21,915 nucleotides of DNA from contig JBDRIL010000056.1 in NCBI GenBank assembly GCA_043815885.1, forward strand, positions 1 to 21,915. Direction: 5' to 3'. Positions within the stretch are counted from its first letter, which is position 1, and the number at the start of each line of letters is the position of its first letter. The position numbers and the translations under genes were made by a program. Positions 7,976 to 15,448 of the stretch are shown in pieces. The stretch comes from an archaeon. GTDB lineage: Archaea; Iainarchaeota; Iainarchaeia; Iainarchaeales; 1-14-0-10-31-34. The notes beneath the pieces were generated by a model. The model saw nothing but the letters and a program-made list of their open reading frames with translations, searched no databases and was not told the DNA's origin.

Positions 7976-8423
7976 TGCTCACACCCTTTACATCGATTAA
8001 TTTTCCGGTTAATTTGCAGTGGTCTGCATAGGAAAGAATTTCCTTTCCTTTCCATTTCCTTAATTCCTTTAAAGCCCATTTCCTTGTCTCCTTTATCCAT
8101 TTCATTGGAATCTTTTTCATGTAAGGGCATTTATTGTTTAAATAAAAATAAAATCTCTTTTTATTGATAGTGAATGAAAGCGGAAACAGCAAGCAGTCAA
8201 ATGGCTTCTCATTTTCCTTTAATTTGCATCCATTCCTTCCAAGAAAAGGGCATTTCTCGTTATCTAAAAGAATCTTTCTCCCGTTCTTCCAGTAATAAGC
8301 CTCGAATTCAATCTTTACATTCTTTAATTTCTTTAAGTCATTCTTTGAAACAAACACATTCCTATTGCAGCACAATCCCCTGCATTCCTTGCATATCTTA
8401 TTGAAAAAGGAATCATGCTTCAT
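7929..8423 (-). CDS. YkgJ-family cysteine-cluster (Zn/Fe-S-binding) protein
   Basis: CKECRGLCC, CPFL...C, KPFDCLLFP. The tail overlaps the purN start by 47 nt. Confidence 0.8.
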   Translation of the reverse strand: MKHDSFFNKICKECRGLCCNRNVFVSKNDLKKLKNVKIEFEAYYWKNGRKILLDNEKCPFLGRNGCKLKENEKPFDCLLFPLSFTINKKRFYFYLNNKCPYMKKIPMKWIKETRKWALKELRKWKGKEILSYADHCKLTGKLIDVKGVSNEGTEYWSSSFDKSF

Positions 8424-8440
8424 TCTTAAAACCTTTCTTT

Positions 8441-8666
8441 TTATTGCAGGTAATCAATTAATTCTTTTCTAGAAGTATTTGATTGCTTTAATATGCTTAA
8501 TAATGTCCCTGGTTTTATTGCCTTTTTCATTGGAACAACCACAATATAATTTCTCAAATGTTTTTCTATAAAGAGATGTGTGGCTTCCTTTTTGTCTTGC
8601 CACAGAGAAACCTTTGGATTGAAGAAACTTAAGCATTTCTTTTCCTGATACAACAGGCAATCTCAT
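8441..8666 (-). pseudogene. hicA: HicA-family toxin, frameshifted
   Basis: N-half MRLPVVSGKEMLKFLQSKGFSVARQKGSH and C-half VVVPMKKAIKPGTLLSILKQS lie in different frames; span 226 nt = 3n+1. Confidence 0.85.
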
Positions 8667-8669
8667 TTA

Positions 8670-8927
8670 TTAGGCCTTCAATCTAATTGGAATATTTGTA
8701 GCAACAATTTCAGGGTATTCCTTGGATTGCTTGAGTTGCCCAACAACTTCTTTTATTGTCCCGATTCCTTTTGCGGTTTCAATATACAATTCAACAGCTT
8801 CAGTAATATTCTTTTTTGCTTCTTCAAAGGTTTCTCCTTGCGAAGCAACTCCAAGTTCTGGGCAAAAGACAGAATAGCCTTTTTTTTCCTCTTTGAAAAC
8901 TACAGTCAAAAAGAATTTTTTATCCAT
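8670..8927 (-). CDS. hicB: HicB-family antitoxin
   Basis: GYSVFCPELGVASQGETFEEAKKNITEAVELYIE. Confidence 0.9.
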   Translation of the reverse strand: MDKKFFLTVVFKEEKKGYSVFCPELGVASQGETFEEAKKNITEAVELYIETAKGIGTIKEVVGQLKQSKEYPEIVATNIPIRLKA

Positions 8928-8961
8928 ATCAAATCACTAAATATATTAAATAAACAAACTA

Positions 8962-9804
8962 TTAAAATTTAAGTTGTTTCCTTGCAGCAATCAATACATT
9001 CTCAATCAATGAAGCAACAGTCATCGGCCCAACACCGCCAGGAACAGGAGTAATAAAAGAAGCAATTTTTCTCACTTCCCCAAAATCCACGTCCCCGACA
9101 ATCGTTCCTTCAATCCTGTTTATTCCTACATCAATCACTACTGCTCCCTTCTTCACCATTTCCTTCATGATTAATCCTGCTTTTCCCACTGCAACAACCA
9201 GTACATCTGCTTTCTCTGTGAATTCACTTAACTTCTTGGTGAATTTATTGCAGTAAGTTACTGTAGCATTTTCATTCAATAACATTATCCCCAAAGGCTT
9301 TCCAACAATATTGCTTGTTCCAACAATTACTGCATTCTTTCCTTTCAGGGGAATTTTTGTTGACTGCAGCATTTTCATTATTCCTTTTGGAGTCGCGGGA
9401 AGCAATGCTTTCTCTCCCAAAAAACCCTTTCCAATATTTAATGGATGAAATCCATCCACATCCTTTTCAGGAGAAATTGAATTCATTACCTTGAACTCAT
9501 TTATGTGTTTAGGCAGGGGAAGCTGCACCAGAATGCCGTTCACTTCTTTATTTTCATTTAAATTATTAATAATATTAATCAGTTCTTCTTCGCTTATGCT
9601 TTCATCCAAAAAATGGTTTTCTGTATTGATTCCAGTTTCCTTGCATGCCTTTTCCTTTGCATTCACGTAAATCCTTGAAGCTTCATTTTCTCCAATCATT
9701 ACAATAGAAAGAGTCGGAATAAAATCCAATGATTTTACTTCCTTTTTCACTTTATCCAATAATTGCCGGGCTAATTTCCTTCCATCAATTATCTTAGCCA
9801 ACAT
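8962..9804 (-). CDS. folD: Methylenetetrahydrofolate dehydrogenase/cyclohydrolase
   Basis: IIDG, GILVQLPLP, KDVDGFHP, VGKP, ITPVPGGVGPMT. Start placed at MLAKIIDG (ATG 9804) rather than the track's 9843. Confidence 0.97.
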   Translation of the reverse strand: MLAKIIDGRKLARQLLDKVKKEVKSLDFIPTLSIVMIGENEASRIYVNAKEKACKETGINTENHFLDESISEEELINIINNLNENKEVNGILVQLPLPKHINEFKVMNSISPEKDVDGFHPLNIGKGFLGEKALLPATPKGIMKMLQSTKIPLKGKNAVIVGTSNIVGKPLGIMLLNENATVTYCNKFTKKLSEFTEKADVLVVAVGKAGLIMKEMVKKGAVVIDVGINRIEGTIVGDVDFGEVRKIASFITPVPGGVGPMTVASLIENVLIAARKQLKF

Positions 9805-9852
9805 ATAAATTAAAAGAAGAATAAAGGTTATTAATATAATCAATTATCTTTC

Positions 9853-10329
9853 CTAACCAAATGTCGTACTAATCCAGTCTCCAGCGTAATGGGTTGCAGT
9901 TATCACTATTAATGCAATGAATAAGTGTTCTCCTATTACTTTCCATGGATTCTTGTTCTGTTTTCTGGCAATATAGTAACTAAAGATTGCCAGTAAAGAC
10001 AATCCCCATGCAAGGCTTACAATAATTGCAGTAATTAATTCAAATAACAGTAATGGAACAAGAAAGGTTAAGGCAAAAAAGAATTTAGCAAAGAAGGTTA
10101 CCCCGGTTGACTGCCATATCTCTCTTGAGGAATGCTTGTTTTCGGTTTCCTCTGACATATGGATTCCCAATGCATCAGAAAAAGCATCAGCAATCGCAAT
10201 TGTTAACACTCCCCCGGTAACCACAATCCTTGAATGGGTTCCTGAATGCAGTCCAACCATTAAACCAAGAGTAGTAATAATTCCAGAAGTCAAACCAAAA
10301 CTCAAACCAGTTTTAATTGAATGATCCAT
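9853..10329 (-). CDS. VIT1/CCC1-like membrane protein (putative metal transporter)
   Basis: SFGLTSGIITTLGLMVG, AIADAFSDALGIHMSEE; about 5 TM helices. Confidence 0.85.
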   Translation of the reverse strand: MDHSIKTGLSFGLTSGIITTLGLMVGLHSGTHSRIVVTGGVLTIAIADAFSDALGIHMSEETENKHSSREIWQSTGVTFFAKFFFALTFLVPLLLFELITAIIVSLAWGLSLLAIFSYYIARKQNKNPWKVIGEHLFIALIVITATHYAGDWISTTFG

Positions 10330-10359
10330 GATAAATAAACCTTTTTCTAATTAATAAAC

Positions 10360-10843
10360 CTAACCTGAAATACTTAACTTTAGCCCCCATTTTTCCAGGA
10401 TTTCTCCAGGATATTCTCCCCTGCTAACAATTTCTAGCGCTTGATTAATCGCTTTGATTTGGTTTTCCAATTGTTTTTGCTTTTCTGGGTTAATGCTACG
10501 TCTATCTAATAATCTGCTTTTCTGTTCTTTAATTTGCTTAAGCTCTGACATTATTTCAACTATAGAACGAATAAGCAATGGTCCCCTCCTTTTCGCTTTT
10601 GCTTTAACAGGTTTCCCACTCTTTAATTGCCTTAAGTTTCTATTAGCTGCTTCCAGTTGTTGGCTTAATCTTTTTCTTGCACTACCACTAGTTCCCGGCT
10701 TATTCAATTCGGTTAGAAGAAAATTTTTCGCTTGTTCAAGACTCAGAATCTGTTGTACCCTAAAATCAGGTATTTTTACTCTTTCTAACTTTCCCTCTTG
10801 GGGCGACATTTTTCACGGTTCTTCTTTTTCCAGGGGAAGGCAT
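10360..10843 (-). CDS. Hypothetical basic coiled-coil protein, probably with a frameshift near the 5' end
   Basis: 149-aa ORF 10360..10809. The ATG preceded by AAGGAG (10843) is one base out of frame and yields only 25 aa. Confidence 0.55.
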
Positions 10844-10856
10844 TAGTTTTTTCTCC

Positions 10857-11087
10857 TTAGAATTCATTCTCTGCAACAGAACCCTGCTTGATGCAGGTGT
10901 TTCCTTCATCTATTATTCCATCACAGTCATCATCCAATCCATTGCATAACTCGTTTTGTGGAATGCATTCATTCTCAGCTGTTGCTTCAGTAGGAAACCC
11001 CACAGGAGAAGAGAAAAAAGAATTAAGAGTAACATAAGCTAAAGCAAAAATAAGCACTACGATATAGACTGCCATTACCCTCTTCAT
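10857..11087 (-). CDS. Small membrane-anchored protein with putative metal-binding motif (Cu-binding_MopE-like)
   Basis: N-terminal TM/signal; ELCNGLDDDCDGIIDEG. Confidence 0.8.
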   Translation of the reverse strand: MKRVMAVYIVVLIFALAYVTLNSFFSSPVGFPTEATAENECIPQNELCNGLDDDCDGIIDEGNTCIKQGSVAENEF

Positions 11088-11140
11088 AACAAAATAGATG
11101 CTTTAACTTGTTTTTAATTATTTGCTTTTTCTGCTGATAG

Positions 11141-11180
11141 AATCAGTAAATAATGAATCCCTTGCACAATTCAATTACTT
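11141..11180. repeat. Perfect 40-bp duplicate of glyA 3' end (att-like)
   Basis: AATCAGTAAATAATGAATCCCTTGCACAATTCAATTACTT is identical to 12593-12632. Confidence 0.97.
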
Positions 11181-11186
11181 TTTCCA

Positions 11187-11837
11187 TTATTCTCTTTCTA
11201 TTTCTTTTAATGTCTCGTCATAATATTTTTTGAATTTTGTTTTTTCAAGTAATTCATTTAATTTTTCCTGGTTTATTTCTAGTTTTAGTAAGCCCTGAAT
11301 GTCTCTTTTGTCTTTTTCTATTTTTGCTTTTAGTCTGTCTCTTGAGAATTTTGATAGGTTTGCCCATGTCTTTATTTTGTATTGCCTGTCTTTTAGTGCT
11401 GCTGTCTTGTATAGCAGCAATACTTCTTTTTCTGGTACTCTTGCTGTTACATCTTTATTTATTTTCCATTCTTTACTGTTTTTGTCTGCCAACTTCCATG
11501 GAATTTCAATTGATTTATTTGAAGCAAGAGTGTTTTTGTCTGATAGCGTAAAAATATCCAACTCAATTTCTTTTTCACCTGTTTCTTTTCTGAATAGTGT
11601 CCTGGTTTTGGCTTTCCTATCTTTTTTGAAACCATATTGTTTACTGTATTTTTCAAATACTTGAATTACTTGTTTTGTTGGAAGCACTAAATCAATGTCA
11701 ATTGAACCAGCTCCTTTTGTATAATAGTATACAGCCCAGCCGCCTATTATGATTGGATGCAGGCCATGAATGTTGAATAACTTTGTTGTCTTAATTAATT
11801 CTTTGAATGAAAGCTCTGTTAATTTGTTTGAATTCAT
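11187..11837 (-). CDS. Pol-beta-superfamily nucleotidyltransferase (putative type IV TA toxin)
   Basis: IIIGGWAV...SIDIDLV, ELDIF, LLLYK, KDKRDI. Start placed at ATG 11837 behind GAGGA. Confidence 0.82.
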   Translation of the reverse strand: MNSNKLTELSFKELIKTTKLFNIHGLHPIIIGGWAVYYYTKGAGSIDIDLVLPTKQVIQVFEKYSKQYGFKKDRKAKTRTLFRKETGEKEIELDIFTLSDKNTLASNKSIEIPWKLADKNSKEWKINKDVTARVPEKEVLLLYKTAALKDRQYKIKTWANLSKFSRDRLKAKIEKDKRDIQGLLKLEINQEKLNELLEKTKFKKYYDETLKEIERE

Positions 11838-11839
11838 GT

Positions 11840-12442
11840 TTATTCCTCGAACTTTAGGCCCCAAAGCTGCTTGTATAGGTCTCTTGCATAAAATGATTTA
11901 TTGTCGCAAACTAAATCAATTAGGGTTCTTATCTTGCTTGTCACTGTAAAGCCTTTAATTTTATTGGTTTCTGGTTTAATGTCTGGCTTAAACATCCAAA
12001 GCATTGTGTTGCCTCCAGTTAATGGCTTGAATTCCTTTTCTATTTTTTTGAATTCTTTTGAGTTTTCTTCAACGTAAACACAAACCCTGTCAGAACGCCA
12101 GTAACCAGAATAAAACTCTAAAGCCGAATCAAGGCAAAGCATTGTTCCTTTCGGCAGTCTATTGATTACTTGTTTTATTGAAAGCCTTAAAGGAAGCTTC
12201 TTCAAAACCAATGAATTTATGTCCCTATACAAAGGAAACAAAGAAATCAGCCCAGCAGGATCAATTAACTCGTATTCCCTTCCTCTTTTTTCAACAAAAT
12301 TCTTATTAACAAGCCACTGCACTACTTCATTCATTCTACCCCAAGAAACTTCAGTATCCTTAAATACTTTTGTTTGGGTAAAAACAGGATTAAGCAAAAC
12401 AAAAGAAACAACCTTGTAAGTTTGCTTTGAAGTTAATTTCAT
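11840..12442 (-). CDS. wHTH regulator, AbiEi-like putative antitoxin
   Basis: N-terminal HTH (FTQTKVFKDTEVSWGRMNEVVQWL); C-terminal VTSKIRTLIDL resembles the AbiEi C-terminal motif; directly upstream of the NTase. Confidence 0.78.
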   Translation of the reverse strand: MKLTSKQTYKVVSFVLLNPVFTQTKVFKDTEVSWGRMNEVVQWLVNKNFVEKRGREYELIDPAGLISLFPLYRDINSLVLKKLPLRLSIKQVINRLPKGTMLCLDSALEFYSGYWRSDRVCVYVEENSKEFKKIEKEFKPLTGGNTMLWMFKPDIKPETNKIKGFTVTSKIRTLIDLVCDNKSFYARDLYKQLWGLKFEE

Positions 12443-12474
12443 AAAATATTAATTAAGTAAAACTGTTTTTAAAG

Positions 12475-12512
12475 ATATCGGTAAAAACCGATATTTAAAC
12501 AAAAAACCGATA
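12475..12512. promoter_or_regulatory. Putative operator of the HTH/NTase operon
   Basis: ATATCGGT-AAAA-ACCGATAT inverted repeat plus a third half-site AAAAACCGATA. Confidence 0.55.
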
Positions 12513-12592
12513 ATGAGAGATTCGTGTAATATGGCTTCCAAAAGAATATCATAAGTTTCGCTTTAAAGCGAAAATACTTTTTCAATTAATAA

Positions 12593-12632
12593 AATCAGTA
12601 AATAATGAATCCCTTGCACAATTCAATTACTT
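12593..12632. repeat. glyA 3' end, second copy of the 40-bp repeat
   Basis: Identical to 11141-11180. Confidence 0.97.
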
Positions 12633-13824
12633 CCTGCCTGATTTTCTTTCTTTCCCCTGCATCATCCTTTTTCTCGATTGTTTTTGCAATAAGCCTCCCT
12701 GTTTCCTTCATCTCTCCTTCCTTCATTCCTCTTGTAGTTAAAGCAGGAGTGCCTAACCTTATTCCTGACGGATCCAATGGCTTTCGTGAATCAAATGGAA
12801 TCATGTTCTTATTGCAGTAAATTCCAACTTCATCCAATACAGTTTCTGCTTCTTTTCCAGTAACTCCTTTATCAGTTAAATCAATTAAAAGAAGATGATT
12901 GTCTGTTCCCCCGCTCACCAGTCTGAATCCATGGGACTGTAGTTCTTCTCCTAAAGCCTTTGCATTTTTCACTATTTGTTTGCTGTAGTCCTTGAATTCC
13001 GGTTTTAATGCTTCCCTGAATGCAACTGCCTTTCCAGCATTAATATGGTCATGAGGCCCTCCTTGTAAACCGGGAAAAACTGCTTTATCTATTTTTTTAG
13101 CGAATTCTTCCTTGCACATTATCATTGCCCCTCTGGGGCCTCTCAAAGTTTTATGTGTTGTTGTAGAGACAACATCAAAGAATGGAACAGGGTTTTCATG
13201 AACTCCTGCTGCGCACAATCCAGCAATATGGGCAATATCTGCAAAGCAGTAAGCTCCAACCTCATCACAGATCTTTCTGAATTCCTTGAAATCAATTGCC
13301 CTTGGATAAGCAGTAAAACCAGAAAGAATCATTTTTGGTTTTTCTTTCTCAGCAATCTTTCTAATCTTATCATAATCAAGCATTTCGCTTTCTTTTTCCA
13401 CTCCATAGGGAACCACATTATAGTATCTCCCGCTGAAGTTAACCTTTGACCCATGCGTTAAATGCCCTCCATGAGCCAAATCCATTCCCATGAATTTATC
13501 TCCAATTTCCATTAAAGCATAATAGACTGCCTGATTAGCTGGAGAGCCACTGTAAGGCTGTACATTCACATGCTCTGCATCAAATAATTTCTTTGCTCTT
13601 TCAATTGCTAAATCCTCCACTACATCAACAAATTCATTTCCCCCATAGTATCTCTTGTGGGGATATCCTTCAGAATATTTATTAGTAAAAACTGAACCCA
13701 TTGCCTCCATTACAGCTTTGCTTACATAATTCTCTGAAGCAATTAATTCCAGTCCATCCATCTGCCTCTGCTTTTCGTCCTCAATTGCCTTCGCTATTTC
13801 TGCATCAGCTTTCTCCAAAAACAT
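12595..13824 (-). CDS. glyA: Serine hydroxymethyltransferase
   Basis: [58 protein letters not shown]. Confidence 0.98.
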   Translation of the reverse strand: MFLEKADAEIAKAIEDEKQRQMDGLELIASENYVSKAVMEAMGSVFTNKYSEGYPHKRYYGGNEFVDVVEDLAIERAKKLFDAEHVNVQPYSGSPANQAVYYALMEIGDKFMGMDLAHGGHLTHGSKVNFSGRYYNVVPYGVEKESEMLDYDKIRKIAEKEKPKMILSGFTAYPRAIDFKEFRKICDEVGAYCFADIAHIAGLCAAGVHENPVPFFDVVSTTTHKTLRGPRGAMIMCKEEFAKKIDKAVFPGLQGGPHDHINAGKAVAFREALKPEFKDYSKQIVKNAKALGEELQSHGFRLVSGGTDNHLLLIDLTDKGVTGKEAETVLDEVGIYCNKNMIPFDSRKPLDPSGIRLGTPALTTRGMKEGEMKETGRLIAKTIEKKDDAGERKKIRQEVIELCKGFIIY

Positions 13825-13906
13825 CCTTCTTCCCGCCTTTTCTGAATGATAAAGAAATAATAAGTAAGTAATTAAATAGTTTTGTTTCTAATTTATTACG
13901 GTTAAG

Positions 13907-14848
13907 ATGAATGGATTCCAGAAGATTGACTATGATTTGGGTTTTTCTTCCAGCAAGAGAGGAGCCAATCCAGTTGGAGCAGTAATTGGAATCATTTTAA
14001 TATTTATCTCTATTTTTATTGGAATTGCATTAAGGAGTCCTGTTTTAACTATTGCAGGAGTGATAATTGGAGTTCTTTTTATGGCTGCAATAAGGGTTGC
14101 AGCTGAATGGGAGAGAGTAATTATTTTAAGGCTTGGAAAGTATTCACGAAAAGTCGGTCCAGGATTATTTCTGATAATTCCAATATTTGAGCAAACCTTT
14201 AAAGTTGATTTAAGGACAAGGGTATGGGATGTAAGGCCCCAAGAAATAATGAGTTCTGATTCAGTTCCAGTTGAAGTAGATGCAGTAGTTTACTATAAAA
14301 TTGTCGATCCAGAAAAGGCAATAATGAATGTAGAAGACTATGCAACTGCCTCAGTTAAAATGGCTCAAACCACTCTAAGAGACATTGTTGGAAAAAGTGA
14401 TTTAGACAGGCTGTTAATGAAGAAAGAAGAAATCGGGAAAGACATAAAGATAATCCTTGACAAAGCCACAGATCCATGGGGGATAAGTGTAGGCAGTGTG
14501 GAAATAAAGGATGTGGTACTGCCTCAAATGCTTAAGAGGGCAATGGCAAAAGAAGCAGAAGCATCAAGGGAAAAGAAGGCAAGGCTGATTAAGGCAAGCG
14601 CGGAAGAAGAAGCGGCATCAAAATTCGAGAGAGCAGCAAAAATAATGATGAAAAGTCCGGCAGGAATGCAGTTAAGGCAGTTGCAGACCTGGCAGGAAAT
14701 CGGAGCAGAACAAAACTCCTTAATGATTCTGATTCCAACAGAATTCGCCAAGAATGTAGGAAATCTGGGATTGGTTGGATTGGGCAGCGAAGTCCTGAAA
14801 GAAGTACAGAAAAAAGAAAAAAATAAGACAACCAAAGAAAAGAAATAA
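13907..14848 (+). CDS. SPFH/band 7 (stomatin/slipin) membrane protein
   Basis: EWERVIILRLG, GPGL, VDLRT, AQTTLRDIVG, ATDPWGI, VEIKDV. Confidence 0.95.
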   Translation: MNGFQKIDYDLGFSSSKRGANPVGAVIGIILIFISIFIGIALRSPVLTIAGVIIGVLFMAAIRVAAEWERVIILRLGKYSRKVGPGLFLIIPIFEQTFKVDLRTRVWDVRPQEIMSSDSVPVEVDAVVYYKIVDPEKAIMNVEDYATASVKMAQTTLRDIVGKSDLDRLLMKKEEIGKDIKIILDKATDPWGISVGSVEIKDVVLPQMLKRAMAKEAEASREKKARLIKASAEEEAASKFERAAKIMMKSPAGMQLRQLQTWQEIGAEQNSLMILIPTEFAKNVGNLGLVGLGSEVLKEVQKKEKNKTTKEKK

Positions 14849-14884
14849 TTGCTGATTCTTGATTTTATTTACCTTGCTGTTTTG

Positions 14885-15175
14885 TCATATTTTTGAGAGA
14901 TATTTTTCAAGGTCGCGGTAGTTCTTTTTTCTTTCAAGAAGGCAGACTATCAATATATTGGGTTCAAGCACGATGTAAATGAGCCTTGTTTCCTTTCCCT
15001 GTAGATTCAGCCTTACACGGAATACCTTGTGGAATTTTTTTGAATGAATCCGTTTGAATCTGAAGGGGTTTTCCTTTATTAGCGCAATCTTTTCCTGAAT
15101 TATTCTTTTGCTTTTTTCATCGATTTTTTTGATTTGCTTGAGAAAGAATTCCAGTGCTTCAACCCTGAAGCTCAT
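14885..15175 (-). CDS. RelE/ParE-superfamily toxin
   Basis: 96 aa, basic; FLKQIKKID...KENPFRFK...FRVR...RLIY; ATGA overlap with the antitoxin. Confidence 0.82.
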   Translation of the reverse strand: MSFRVEALEFFLKQIKKIDEKSKRIIQEKIALIKENPFRFKRIHSKKFHKVFRVRLNLQGKETRLIYIVLEPNILIVCLLERKKNYRDLEKYLSKI

Positions 15176-15426
15176 TGCAATGCCTTCATGAGTTTCTCTT
15201 CATCCACGAATTTCTTTTTCTTGATGGATTTCTCAATCAGGGAATCAATCAATTCAATTTCCTTTTCAGAGAAGGATTCATCAAAATCGCTTTTTTCAAA
15301 GATCTTTTCCCTGACGGATTCGTTGACCAATTCCTGCAAATTCCTGTAGCCATAGTTCTCTGCAAAAGACTCTGCAGCATTGTAAAGATTAGAGGACATT
15401 TTCAGGTTAATTTGTTTGGTAGCCAT
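15172..15426 (-). CDS. Putative antitoxin (RHH-like)
   Basis: KQINLKMSSNLYNAAE...ELVNESVREK, acidic C-half; upstream of a RelE-like gene. Confidence 0.78.
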   Translation of the reverse strand: MATKQINLKMSSNLYNAAESFAENYGYRNLQELVNESVREKIFEKSDFDESFSEKEIELIDSLIEKSIKKKKFVDEEKLMKALQ

Positions 15427-15448
15427 AGATATCTATAGATACCAAGGT

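Larger units (their letters stand above)
11141..12632 (-). mobile_element. About 1.45-kb TA islet integrated at the glyA 3' end
   Basis: Two-gene HTH+nucleotidyltransferase module bounded by 40-bp perfect direct repeats that include the glyA stop codon; no recombinase inside. Confidence 0.75.

Noticed and set aside
8426..8995. Possible folD-end duplication around hicBA (TTGATT..CTGCAA...TTTTAA at about 8426-8458 and 8962-8994)
   Set aside because: Only short gapped matches in AT-rich sequence, one of them within hicA coding sequence; not distinguishable from chance.
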